IMG/VR virus record: IMGVR_UViG_2061766007_000136
Source: an uncultured virus (IMG/VR IMGVR_UViG_2061766007_000136)
Taxonomy: Duplodnaviria; Heunggongvirae; Uroviricota; Caudoviricetes
Direction: 5' to 3' (one strand)
DNA: 64,000 nt
Below are positions 1 through 9,987 of this stretch, one piece after another; position 1 is the stretch's first letter, and each line of letters begins with the position of its first letter. Below the pieces are notes generated by a model. That model had not been told where the DNA came from. It did not search any database and worked only from the letters and a program-made list of their open reading frames with translations. The position numbers were made by a program, and so were the translations under genes.

Positions 1-323
1 TGAAAGAGGCAAAGGACTACGTCAAGTTCGACATAAACAAAAATCTACAGCAGTATGACGTGAAAAAATCGACGACGAAGAAAGACGGCGATGGTTGCAT
101 GATTATTGTCGAGTTCGCCGACAAGGGGTTCGCCGTCTATAAGGTCGGCAAGCTTCGCGTGGCGCAAAAGAAGGGGAGCAAACCGAAGACCGTCTCAAGA
201 CGCCAAAGACGAAGCGGTGGTTTGGACTCCGTCGAGGAGGCGATTGAGGACGCAAGGTATATCGCCGAAGTGAACGATTATATCAACAAGCACTGTTGAA
301 AACAACAGTTAAAGGATGGAAAC

Positions 324-1694
324 ATGGAAAAGACCGAATACAATCAAATTCTGCATGTCGCGCAATTGCTGAAGGACAACGGGGGTCGCGCACTGTTGGT
401 CGGCGGTTGCGTCCGTGACTCCATTCTTGGACTTGACTGCAAGGACTATGACATGGAAGTCTACGGGCTGTCTATGGACAGAATCCGAGAGGTTCTGTCC
501 AAGGAGTACGCTCTTGATTTCGTCGGTGCGTCGTTCGGTGTGTTGAAAGTCCACGGTCTCGACGTGGACATCGCGTTGCCCCGCGTGGAGAACAAGACCA
601 GTTCTGGTCACAAGGGCTTCGATGTCCAATTCATCCCCGACCTGAGCTACGAGGACGCAGCGAGCCGTCGTGATTTTACAATCAACGCCATCATGCGCGA
701 CCCCCTGACCGATGAGGTCATCGACCCTTGGAACGGTATGAAGGACTTGAAGAAGGGCGTGATTCGCCATGTCTCCGAACACTTCGCCGAAGACCCGTTG
801 CGGGTGCTCCGAGCCATGCAGTTCGCGTCCCGATTTGATGCGGATGTCGCCGACGAAACCGTGAAGCTTTGCTCCACGCTGTCGCAGGGCGAACTGGCTC
901 AGGAACGCATCGCTACCGAATGGGAGAAGCTCCTGCTGAAAGGCAGACGACCCTCCAAGGGCTTGCGCTTCCTCAAGGCTTGCGGATGGATTGACAACTA
1001 CCCAGAGCTTAAAGCTCTGGTCGGGTGCAAGCAGGAACCACGCTGGCATCCCGAAGGAGACGTGTGGGAGCACACGTTGCATTGCCTCGACGCTGGCGTT
1101 GCGTTGCGCAAGGGCGACTTCGTTGAAGACCTGATTCTCATGCTTGCAGTCCTGTGCCATGACTTCGGCAAACCCGCCACGACGGAAGTGGACGAGGCTC
1201 GCGGTCGCATCATCAGCCACGGTCACGACGAGGCGGGTGTCGAACCAGCGAGGGCGTTCATCAGGCGCATGTGGAGCATGACGGAGCTTGACGACGTGTT
1301 GCCTCTTGTCAGACGGCACATGTTACCCATGACGTTCATTAGCACCAAGGTCTCCGACAAGGCGTACCGTCGTCTGTCGATGGAGGTCAGGAGCATGGGC
1401 TTGCTCGCGGATGTCGCCGAATGCGACTTGAAGGGCGTGGATGTCCCGAAGGAGAGCCTCGAACGCGGTCTATCAGACCTCGCAGAGTTCAGACGGCGTT
1501 CGGAGTCCCTGCACATTTCGACCGAGAAGCCGAAGCCCATCGTGTTGGGACGGCATCTCATCGCCCGTGGGATGAAGCCTGGTCCCAAGATGAAGCCCAT
1601 CCTTGACAAGTGCTTCGATGCGCAACTCGACGGCGAATTCATCGACCTCGAAGGCGGTCTGAAATACCTCGACGGTTTCCTTGAGAGTGTTTGA
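324..1694 (+). CDS. cca: CCA-adding enzyme / tRNA nucleotidyltransferase with HD domain
   Basis: VGGCVRD, DYDMEV, RRDFTINA and EDPLRVLRA class II NTase motifs; HPEGDVWEHT and LCHDFGKP HD-domain motifs. Confidence 0.92.
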   Translation: MEKTEYNQILHVAQLLKDNGGRALLVGGCVRDSILGLDCKDYDMEVYGLSMDRIREVLSKEYALDFVGASFGVLKVHGLDVDIALPRVENKTSSGHKGFDVQFIPDLSYEDAASRRDFTINAIMRDPLTDEVIDPWNGMKDLKKGVIRHVSEHFAEDPLRVLRAMQFASRFDADVADETVKLCSTLSQGELAQERIATEWEKLLLKGRRPSKGLRFLKACGWIDNYPELKALVGCKQEPRWHPEGDVWEHTLHCLDAGVALRKGDFVEDLILMLAVLCHDFGKPATTEVDEARGRIISHGHDEAGVEPARAFIRRMWSMTELDDVLPLVRRHMLPMTFISTKVSDKAYRRLSMEVRSMGLLADVAECDLKGVDVPKESLERGLSDLAEFRRRSESLHISTEKPKPIVLGRHLIARGMKPGPKMKPILDKCFDAQLDGEFIDLEGGLKYLDGFLESV

Positions 1695-1710
1695 CGGCTG
1701 TCGAAAACAA

Positions 1711-1748
1711 AAGCCATGCGGAAAAATCAGCACCGCATGGCTTTTTTA
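1711..1748 (+). terminator. Rho-independent terminator
   Basis: AAGCCATGCGG/CCGCATGGCTT stem followed by a T run, just after the cca stop. Confidence 0.8.
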
Positions 1749-1749
1749 T

Positions 1750-1778
1750 TTGCATTTCCGAAAATTGGATGTATATTA
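1750..1778 (+). promoter_or_regulatory. Recurrent phage promoter motif TTG(CA/AC)W-N16-YATATTA (representative copy)
   Basis: TTGCAT-16 nt-TATATTA; the same motif and spacing recur about 19 times upstream of genes on both strands. Confidence 0.75.
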
Positions 1779-1823
1779 ATAGTGTTGACGTAGAAAACAT
1801 TTAAAATCAAAGGAGAACATATA

Positions 1824-3029
1824 ATGAAGAATCTGATTGTTTTACGTGGAGCACCTGGTTGTGGCAAGTCCACTTTTATCGAGAAATGGAATTTGAAGCA
1901 GTACACCCTGTGCGGTGATTCCATCCGTGAGTTGTTCGAGTCCCCTGTTATGGACAACGAGCATGGTAAGCATACCCTTTCACAGAATCATGATACGGAA
2001 GTCTGGGGCTTGCTCCTGAACCTGCTTGAGCAACGCATGTCGCGTGGCGAGCTGTGCGTCGTGGACGCGACGCACTCCCGTCCGCAGGACTTCCAGAAGT
2101 ACAAGAAGTTCATCGAGAAGTATCGCTACCGCGCATACTGCGTGTCGTTCGCTGACGTACCGATTGAGGTCTGCAAAAAGCAGAATCTGATGCGTCCTGA
2201 GTACAAGCACGTCCCAGAGGAAGTCATCGACAAGATGTACGCACGGATGCAGTCGTTTGACGTGCAGGGCTACTTCAAGGTCGTGAACCACAATGACGAC
2301 GAGACCATCCGCAACATCGTCAACAACTACAAGCCGTTCGATGCGGACAAGTACAGCAAGGTCGTCGTGTTCGGAGACATCCACGGTTGCTTTCAGCCGT
2401 TGAAGGAATACTTCGACGCTAATCCATTCGACGACAACAATCTGTACGTTTTCACGGGCGACTACACCGACCGTGGCATACAGAACAAAGAGGTCGTCGA
2501 GTGGCTGTTGCAACACTACGAGAAGAAGAATGTCATCCTGCTTGAGGGCAACCACGAGCGTTGGGTGCGCGAGTACGCGAACGGCGACTACGACGAGGAG
2601 CTGAAAAAGGGAGAGAAGGACAAGTGCAAGAGTTCCGAATTCTTCTACAATACCGCTCCCCAATTGGTTGATTTCGACAAGAAGGACTTGCGGCAGTTGT
2701 GCCGTTCCTTCCAGACCATCGCATTCTTCAAGTTCGACGGCAAGCGGTACTTCGTGAACCACACGGGTGTCGGATTCCTGCCTGAGCAACTGCTCAGGGA
2801 GAAGGCGAGCCAGTTTGTCTACACGAGCGGTGGCAACGGAACGTACAACGACCCTGTTGACCAGTGGTTCGAGGAGCATGAGTTGGAGCGCAACCCAGAC
2901 TTGTTCCAAATCCACGCCCACCGCAACACGGCGAACGTCCCGATTCGTGCGTCGAAGAATTCGTTCAACCTCTGCGACACCATCGAGGCTGGCGGAAACC
3001 TCCGCATACTTGAAATCACGAAGGACTGA
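1824..3029 (+). CDS. Polynucleotide kinase-phosphatase (P-loop kinase + calcineurin-like metallophosphoesterase)
   Basis: GAPGCGKST Walker A and VVDATH; GDIHG, GDYTDRG and GNHE phosphoesterase motifs; no ligase domain fused. Confidence 0.88.
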   Translation: MKNLIVLRGAPGCGKSTFIEKWNLKQYTLCGDSIRELFESPVMDNEHGKHTLSQNHDTEVWGLLLNLLEQRMSRGELCVVDATHSRPQDFQKYKKFIEKYRYRAYCVSFADVPIEVCKKQNLMRPEYKHVPEEVIDKMYARMQSFDVQGYFKVVNHNDDETIRNIVNNYKPFDADKYSKVVVFGDIHGCFQPLKEYFDANPFDDNNLYVFTGDYTDRGIQNKEVVEWLLQHYEKKNVILLEGNHERWVREYANGDYDEELKKGEKDKCKSSEFFYNTAPQLVDFDKKDLRQLCRSFQTIAFFKFDGKRYFVNHTGVGFLPEQLLREKASQFVYTSGGNGTYNDPVDQWFEEHELERNPDLFQIHAHRNTANVPIRASKNSFNLCDTIEAGGNLRILEITKD

Positions 3030-3030
3030 A

Positions 3031-3729
3031 ATGAATGTCCGTGAATACATCGAACAAGCGATAGACAGGTTCTTCCTGTATCATCCTACATGGTATGTGA
3101 ACCATGACAGGAAGAACCAGCTTATCGAACGTTACGAGAAGAAATACGCTGGCATGGACATGGGGCGGTGCAGTCTGAACATGCTTCAAGTCCTCAACAC
3201 CAACAAGGTGATGTCGCCTTGGACTGAGGAGGAGCGCAACAGGCAACTTGATGAATCCGCATGGCACGAGGCAGGTCATATCCTAGGGTATTTCATCCTC
3301 AACTATCCTCCGAGATACGCATATATCAGCGAGGACGGAGATGGAATCGTCACACCCGATAATGAGGTCGCCAGCATGTTCTATGAACTCAAGAGAATCG
3401 CCTATGTCGGCGGATGGGCTTTCGAGAGAAAGCACTCCACTCTTGACAATTGCAAGATAAGCATAGGGTACGATTATCCAAGGGTGGAAAATTCAGACTG
3501 GGTGATGCTTGGAAAACCGTCAATCGAGGAAATGGACTGTCTTTCACGATACCTGTTCTACCACAACGGGACGGAGGCATTCGCCAAGCTCATCCACGAC
3601 GAGCTGGTTTCAAGGAAACGCCTTTCCCGAAAAAGAATCAGGATGATTTACGAAGAAGGCATGAAAATCAAAAAAATTTCCAAATGCATTTGCAATCTTC
3701 GAAAATGGATGTATATTAGTGGTTGTTAG
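3031..3729 (+). CDS. HEXXH metallopeptidase-like protein (M41/M50-like)
   Basis: AWHEAGH motif; ATG immediately after the previous stop. Confidence 0.55.
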   Translation: MNVREYIEQAIDRFFLYHPTWYVNHDRKNQLIERYEKKYAGMDMGRCSLNMLQVLNTNKVMSPWTEEERNRQLDESAWHEAGHILGYFILNYPPRYAYISEDGDGIVTPDNEVASMFYELKRIAYVGGWAFERKHSTLDNCKISIGYDYPRVENSDWVMLGKPSIEEMDCLSRYLFYHNGTEAFAKLIHDELVSRKRLSRKRIRMIYEEGMKIKKISKCICNLRKWMYISGC

Positions 3730-3804
3730 GAAAAATCGACAAAAAACATGCAGTTTGAATTGACTTTTCCGAAAAACGTACCATATTATATTGTAGTCAT
3801 TTAA

Positions 3805-3881
3805 GTCCCTGTAGTTCAGTTGGACAGAACGGCAGTTTCCTAAACTGCATGTCGCAGGTTCGAGTCCTGTCGGGGATACCA
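3805..3881 (+). tRNA. tRNA-Arg(CCT)
   Basis: Cloverleaf: GTCCCTG/CGGGGAT acceptor, GCAGT-TT CCT AA-ACTGC anticodon arm, GTTCGAGT T loop, CCA end; promoter motif at 3760-3788. Confidence 0.95.
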
Positions 3882-3917
3882 AAGTGTTCAAAGAGTCGTC
3901 ATAAAGGAGTTCGACAC

Positions 3918-4208
3918 ATGAAGAAAGAATCGGTCAAAATCACGAGCGCAAAGAAGAAGCAATTGTCCGTCGCAAGCATCATCGGGATGTCGATGGGGGC
4001 TGAAATCACCAACTACAACCGTCAAATCAAGAATGCGCCGAATGAAAGCGTCAGGAAAGCCTTGATAAAGGCACGTGACTCCTATCTTGAAAAGACGAAA
4101 AAGAAGAAGATTGAAAAGGAAATCGGCAAGCTCAACATTGAAATCCAGAGGAAGACTGCGGAACTCGAAGCTCTGAACCAGCTCAAAATCAAACCGACTG
4201 TCAAATAA
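3918..4208 (+). CDS. Hypothetical basic coiled-coil protein
   Basis: AAGGAG RBS and ORF. Confidence 0.6.
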   Translation: MKKESVKITSAKKKQLSVASIIGMSMGAEITNYNRQIKNAPNESVRKALIKARDSYLEKTKKKKIEKEIGKLNIEIQRKTAELEALNQLKIKPTVK

Positions 4209-4237
4209 GAAAAGCAAAACACACAAGGAGAAAACAC

Positions 4238-6451
4238 ATGAACAAAATGAATTCGTTCAAAATCTCGTCCGCCAAGACCGCCTCTAAAGCCGTCGAAGTC
4301 CCAGTCAACCATATTTTCGTCATTGACTGCTCAGGCTCGATGTCATACGACCTGCCGAAAATCCGCAAACAGTTGAAGAACAAGCTCCCGTCCCTTCTGA
4401 AACAGAACGACACGGTTTCCCTCGTGTGGTTCTCTGGCAAAGGGGAATTTGGCAAGCTGGTCGAGAAAGTCCACATCAACGACGTTTTGGAGTTGCGGCA
4501 ATTGAACGATGCCATCGACCGTTGGCTCAAGCCGATTGGTTGCACTGGCTTTGTCGAACCTCTTCGCACAGTCAAGGACTTGTGCGACACGAACGACGTG
4601 TACTCCATGATGTTCCTTACTGATGGATGTGACAACGAATGGCAACGTTCTGAAATCCTGTCCGCCAGCGAAGACCTCGCCACCCTGCTCGCAAACGCCG
4701 TTTTTGTCGAATACGGCTACTACTGCAACCACTCCCTCCTGACCGAAATGGCTGAAAAGGTGAACGGAGCAGTCCTCTTTGCCGAAGACTTCGACAAGTA
4801 CGACCCGATTTTCGACGGCATCTGCAAGCGCAAGCTGTCGAACAAGCGAATTGAAGTCGAAGTCGGCACCCCCGCCGAAAACTTCGTGTGGAGCGTCTCC
4901 GACGCTGGCGCGATTTCCTACAAGGTCGAAAACGGCAAAGTCTATGTCCCCGAAGACGTGGATGCAGTTTACTGGTTTGACAGCAATGCAACCACCACGG
5001 CTACCGACAGCATGAACTGGAAGCCCCTGTACCAAGGTCTGTCCGCCCTCGCCATGAACCGCAAGTCGGAATTCGTCAAGAAGCAGTTGTCCGACATCGG
5101 CGACGAAGCCCTGTACAACCAGTACGCCAACGCTTTCGGCAAGCAGAACCTCTACGACTTCGCCGACCTCCTGAACCGTGCTGGCACGGACAGCAAGCTC
5201 CGTTTCACGAAAGGCAGGAAAGTCGGTCTGAAACCGAATGAAAATGCGTACACCGTCTTGCAGTTGCTCAACGAGCTTCGCGAAGCGGATGCGCAAATCA
5301 ATCTTGAGAAGTTACAGTACAACCGCATCGGTCGTAGTACCGAAATGAGCGACGAGCTGACGAAAGCCGAGACCGAGGCGTTGAGCGAATCCATCGCCAA
5401 CTCCTCCAATCTCCGTGAAATCAAAGCCCATACGGACGCGGCTGCGCAACTCGCTCAGGAACGCGCACAGATGAAATTCGTCTCGAAGAAGAACATTGTT
5501 CGTATCAATGACTTCACGTACAACGAAACGCGCCCGAACGTCTCCATGCGCGTCAACATCGACGGCACGGTCGGTCTTCCGTCCGATGCCCCGTCCGCGT
5601 TGCCTCATGACTTCCCGACCAGCATCTTCCGCAATTTCACCGTCGTCCGCGACGGCATGGTGAACATCGCGAAGCTTCCTGTCATCATCTCACAGCCGAC
5701 CGTTGACAAGCTGAAAGCAAAAGGCGTTCCGATGACCATCGAAGACGACAGTGTGCGCGTGAATTCGCAGTCCTCAGTCCTCTTCGCCACTCCGAACCCG
5801 AACGGCATCAAATGCACCATCGACCTGCGCTCGATGCCTGTCATCAACGCCAAGATGGTCAAGTCCGTCAGCGCACAGGCTCTCGCGGACAACCTCTACG
5901 AGAACATGAAGTGCAAAGCGGCTGTCAAGGTGTACAAGGGCTTCCTCGACGAACTGGAACCGCCTGAAAAGTCCGCTGGCATCAAAGACCAGTACGGCGA
6001 AGACTGCGCCGAATACCTGAAGTCCCTCGGCATCACGGACGGCGGATTCTCCCCGAAGACCAAACAGGCTGAAGCGACCGACAAGTACATGGCAGTCGAA
6101 ATGGCTATCAAGTTCAAGGGCTTGTCCAAAATCCCGTCCTTCAACGAATTCAAGAAGAAGCTCACGTCAGGCAAGTTCAACGCAGGTGACATGTTGCTGA
6201 AACCCGCCTACGACGAATGCATGGCAAAGAAAGCCTCCATGTCTCAAAAGGATTTCATCGGCTGGCTCAAGACCAACATCAAGACGGCGAACAAGAAAGC
6301 TGGCAATCTCTACGAGAAAGCCATCGAGGACAAGTTCTCCATCGTCGTCGGTCAGACGTGGTTCAACGACCTCGATTTGAACAATCCGACGCTCGTTTCT
6401 AACGGCGTTGACGTGACGTTTGAAATCAAGGACACTGAAGTGGAAATCTGA
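4238..6451 (+). CDS. vWA domain-containing protein
   Basis: N-terminal IFVIDCSGSM MIDAS and FLTDG motifs; 737 aa with strong codon bias. Confidence 0.85.
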   Translation: MNKMNSFKISSAKTASKAVEVPVNHIFVIDCSGSMSYDLPKIRKQLKNKLPSLLKQNDTVSLVWFSGKGEFGKLVEKVHINDVLELRQLNDAIDRWLKPIGCTGFVEPLRTVKDLCDTNDVYSMMFLTDGCDNEWQRSEILSASEDLATLLANAVFVEYGYYCNHSLLTEMAEKVNGAVLFAEDFDKYDPIFDGICKRKLSNKRIEVEVGTPAENFVWSVSDAGAISYKVENGKVYVPEDVDAVYWFDSNATTTATDSMNWKPLYQGLSALAMNRKSEFVKKQLSDIGDEALYNQYANAFGKQNLYDFADLLNRAGTDSKLRFTKGRKVGLKPNENAYTVLQLLNELREADAQINLEKLQYNRIGRSTEMSDELTKAETEALSESIANSSNLREIKAHTDAAAQLAQERAQMKFVSKKNIVRINDFTYNETRPNVSMRVNIDGTVGLPSDAPSALPHDFPTSIFRNFTVVRDGMVNIAKLPVIISQPTVDKLKAKGVPMTIEDDSVRVNSQSSVLFATPNPNGIKCTIDLRSMPVINAKMVKSVSAQALADNLYENMKCKAAVKVYKGFLDELEPPEKSAGIKDQYGEDCAEYLKSLGITDGGFSPKTKQAEATDKYMAVEMAIKFKGLSKIPSFNEFKKKLTSGKFNAGDMLLKPAYDECMAKKASMSQKDFIGWLKTNIKTANKKAGNLYEKAIEDKFSIVVGQTWFNDLDLNNPTLVSNGVDVTFEIKDTEVEI

Positions 6452-6549
6452 CACGAACAATAAAAAAGCGCATGAATTGAAAAAAATTCTCCATCTCCAC
6501 TTGACTTTTTCAATTCATGCGCCATATTAAAGAAAAATGCTGACATGAA

Positions 6550-6595
6550 AAGACTCGAACAGCATTAAAACCAAACAGGAACAAACAGAGTCTAG
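6550..6595 (+). promoter_or_regulatory. 5' leader hairpin with ACAGCA motif (putative protein-binding operator RNA)
   Basis: AAGACTC-GA-ACAGCA...GAGTCTAG lies between the promoter (6501-6529) and the RBS; it matches the terminal stem of the permuted tRNA-like RNAs. Confidence 0.7.
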
Positions 6596-6617
6596 TACAA
6601 AAACAAAGGAGAAAAAC

Positions 6618-8155
6618 ATGTCGAAGATGATTTTTTCAGACGCACTGAAGAACACGCTGAATGATGAGAAGTCCATCACCGAGAACGGGGCGATAGGTTA
6701 CAAGACCTCGAAGTCCGCGCTCGTTGATTTCAACTTCAACGCATCATCGTTCCGCAACAAGGACGAGCAGGAGATTCGCGACGCTTTCGCGGAGGCTTAC
6801 AATGAGAATCCGTTGCTGGCTGTCAAGCTCCTGTTCATGACTGGCGACATCCGTCAGGGCATGGGTGAGCGTCGCACGTTCCGCACGTGCTTCAAGTGGC
6901 TCGCCGAATTCCATGCCAATGACGCGAAGAAGGTCGTGTCCCTCATCCCTGAGTATTCACGTTGGGACATCCTCGTGGACATGCTCGGCACTTCCGTCGA
7001 TACGGAGGCGTTCGGACTGCTCAGGAACCAGTTGGACACCGACACGGACAATTGCCTGAACGGTAAGCCGATTTCGCTCCTCGCGAAGTGGTTGCCTTCA
7101 GTCAACACGTCCAGCCAGACCGCCCGTAAGAAGGCGCGTTCCATCTGTGCCCGTCTCAAGCTGACGGAGCGCACGTACCGCAAGAGGCTGTCACAGCTTC
7201 GCAACTACTCGAACGTCGTCGAGACGAAGATGAGTGCGAACAATTGGGACGGCATCAAGTACGAGGCTGTTCCGTCCAAGGCTAACCTCCTGTACAAGGA
7301 GGCGTTCATGAAGCATGACGAGACCCGCCGCACGGCGTACCTCGATGCTCTTGAGAAGGGCGAGACCAAAATCAACTCCAGTGCGTCGTTCCCTTATGAA
7401 ATCGTTTCACGTTACCACTCCTACGCAGAGGATGCCACGCTTGAGCAGATGTGGAAGGCATTGCCCGACTACACCAACGGCAAGGGCGAGAACACGATTT
7501 GCGTTGTGGACGGAAGCGGTTCCATGTCGTCCAAAATCGGAGGTACGTCCGTCTCCGCAGAAGATGTCGCGCAAAGCCTCGGCATCTACTTCGCTGAGAA
7601 GATGCCTGGTCAGTTCCACAACCAGTACATCACGTTCTCCGAGCGTCCTCAACTCGTCAATTTCGACAACTGCGACACGTTGAAGAGCAAGATTGACGAG
7701 GCGAACCGNNNNNNNNNNNNNNNNNNNNNNNNNNNNNNNNNNNNNNNNNNNTTCTCCGCACGGCGAAGAAGCACAAGCTCTCGCAGAGCGACATGCCGAA
7801 GAGCATCCTCATCCTGTCTGACATGGAATTCGATTCCTGTGTCAGCTTTGGAGACAGGACTCTCTACTGGATGTCGGAGCAGGACAAGCTCAATGCTTGC
7901 AAGACCCTGTTCGAGACCATCGGCGACGAGTACAAGGAGGCGGGCTACGAGCTTCCGAAGCTAGTCTTCTGGAACATCATGTCCCGCACTGGAACCGTCC
8001 CGATGCAGGAAAACAAGAATGGTGTCGTACTGGTGAGCGGGTTCAGCCCGACCATCGCAAGCATGGTTTTCAGCCAGAAGAACAGCCCTTACGAGGTGTT
8101 GCTTGAGAAGCTGAATTCCAAGAGGTACGAGCCTATCGAGCAGGCTCTTGCGTAA
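6618..8155 (+). CDS. DUF2828-family protein (TROVE/Ro60-like helical domain + vWA), interrupted by an N gap
   Basis: TENGA, DIRQGMGERR, RWDIL, SLLAKWLPS, YEAVPSKA, VVDGSGSM, ILSDMEFD, LVFWN and LVSGFSP motifs; two ORF halves either side of the gap at 7709-7750. Confidence 0.85.
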
Positions 8156-8173
8156 GAGGACGTAGCTGACGGG

Positions 8174-8213
8174 AAAGCAGACTGGAAAGGAAACAATCCA
8201 GTCTGCTTTTTTT
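8174..8213 (+). terminator. Rho-independent terminator
   Basis: AAAGCAGACTGGA/TCCAGTCTGCTTT stem followed by a T run. Confidence 0.8.
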
Positions 8214-8229
8214 GTGAAAGAGGAATGCA

Positions 8230-8802
8230 ATGAAAAGACCTTACAATCCAATCGAAGACGGTCATATCAGCCGAAAGAAGATGAATGAATTTCTCCAAGC
8301 GAAGCAACAGAGGAAGAAGTACATCCTGTATGATAAAGTGGGCGACTTGTGGAGAATCATGGCTTGCAATACGATTTGGATGAGCATATATGGAGGAGGG
8401 ATAACTGTCTGGGAAGGGGATATTGGAGGATTTGTCGAATCGGAAGACAATCTTTCACATGATGGAAACTGCTGGATTTACGATACGGCGAAATCAGTCG
8501 GTCATGCGATTGTAAAGGACAATGCGCTTATCAAGCATTCCTCCATTGTAGAACAATACGCAATCGTATCTGGTGATGCAGTGTTGAATGATTGCACAAT
8601 AGTATCTGGAAATGCGACAGTATGTGACAAGGTTGTGACCAACGGAAATGTGTTCATAGTGGACGATGCCGTAGTGTGCGACGAAGCAAAACTGAACGGC
8701 GCAATCTATGTGTGTGGAAATTCGTGCGTCTGCGGACGTGCCAATGTATATACGTATAAAGGCGATTCAAAGATAATAGAAGGAGACATGGTGGTATGCT
8801 GA
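8230..8802 (+). CDS. Phage protein with left-handed beta-helix (hexapeptide-like) repeats
   Basis: GGFVESEDNLSHDGNCW followed by VxGxAxV repeats. Confidence 0.75.
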   Translation: MKRPYNPIEDGHISRKKMNEFLQAKQQRKKYILYDKVGDLWRIMACNTIWMSIYGGGITVWEGDIGGFVESEDNLSHDGNCWIYDTAKSVGHAIVKDNALIKHSSIVEQYAIVSGDAVLNDCTIVSGNATVCDKVVTNGNVFIVDDAVVCDEAKLNGAIYVCGNSCVCGRANVYTYKGDSKIIEGDMVVC

Positions 8803-9914
8803 TAGAAGATTTTAAAAAGACTATTCCAGATGTAATTGAGCTTATGAAAATTACACCACAAAATCCAAAGTGGCATGGAGAAGGCGATGTATGGACGCAT
8901 ACGCAGATGGTCATGGACGCATTGCATCTGATGGATGAATATCATTCTTTAACGGATATTGAACAAAAAGTGCTGGATTATGCATGTTTATTGCATGATA
9001 TTGGAAAAATTGAATGCACCCGTGTCGAAGAAGGGGAGATTACATCTCGTGGACATTCTTTTAGAAGTTCCAAAATGGCTCGCAAATTGATGTGGAATGT
9101 TGGTTTTAATGGGGAAAAACTTCTTGAATTCAGGGAAAGTGTATGCGCTTTGATTCGTATGCACGAAAAACCATTGTACTTTTTCAATGATGCAGAAGAA
9201 GACGAATATGAAGCGAAAATGAGTGTAAGACGTTTGTCTTGTTTCACTCCTGCTCCTTATTATAATCTCAACATGTTGCATATTCTTTCATTTGCTGATA
9301 TGAATGGAAGGATATGCAATGAAAAAACCAATTCTTTTGATTCAGTAGATTTGTTCAGGGAATGTGCCTTTGAAAATGACTGCCTTTATCAGCCTGCCCC
9401 ATGCTATGATGACTTTTCTCGTTATTTATTTCTAAACGGAAAGAAGATGTATCCCAATCAGAGAATGTATGACAACACATGGGGAAAAGTATGCATCATG
9501 TCTGGGCTTCCTGCTTCAGGAAAAACGACATGGATTGAAAAGAACCGTGCGGACAAACCAATTATTTCACTTGATGAAATCAGACGGGAAAACGGAATAA
9601 AGCCGTCGAGATGCCAAGGCAAGGTCATGGATATAGCTTTCAATCAGGCAAAGGAGTATCTCAGGAAGCATCAGGAGTTCACATGGGATGCCACTTGTCT
9701 AAATCCAGATGTCAGGGCTTTAATCATCAAGCTTTGCATGAATTATCACGCATTTGTCTCATTGTCTTATTTTGAAGTAAGTGATGCGGAAAGAGTGGAA
9801 CGCAATGCAAATAGAAAATGGGTGGTTCCAGACAATGTAATGGATGAAATGAAGGAAAATGTCATGCCTCCGATATATAGCGAAGCACATTCTGTTTCGT
9901 GGAATTGTCATTGA
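8796..9914 (+). CDS. HD-domain phosphohydrolase fused to a P-loop (AAA_33-like) kinase
   Basis: HGEGDVWTHT and LLHDIGK; C-terminal GLPASGKTT and WDAT. Confidence 0.85.
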   Translation: MLIEDFKKTIPDVIELMKITPQNPKWHGEGDVWTHTQMVMDALHLMDEYHSLTDIEQKVLDYACLLHDIGKIECTRVEEGEITSRGHSFRSSKMARKLMWNVGFNGEKLLEFRESVCALIRMHEKPLYFFNDAEEDEYEAKMSVRRLSCFTPAPYYNLNMLHILSFADMNGRICNEKTNSFDSVDLFRECAFENDCLYQPAPCYDDFSRYLFLNGKKMYPNQRMYDNTWGKVCIMSGLPASGKTTWIEKNRADKPIISLDEIRRENGIKPSRCQGKVMDIAFNQAKEYLRKHQEFTWDATCLNPDVRALIIKLCMNYHAFVSLSYFEVSDAERVERNANRKWVVPDNVMDEMKENVMPPIYSEAHSVSWNCH

Positions 9915-9987
9915 AATCGTTTGCAATTTCGGAAAAATGGTGTATATTAATTAAAAAGAGCAACATGAAAACCAAAGGAGTGACATC

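Noticed and set aside
309..5296. Long antisense ORFs (309..1319, 1980..3050, 4343..5296; similarly 29709..30938 and 43941..44951)
   Set aside because: Shadows of well-supported genes on the opposite strand, with no motifs or RBS
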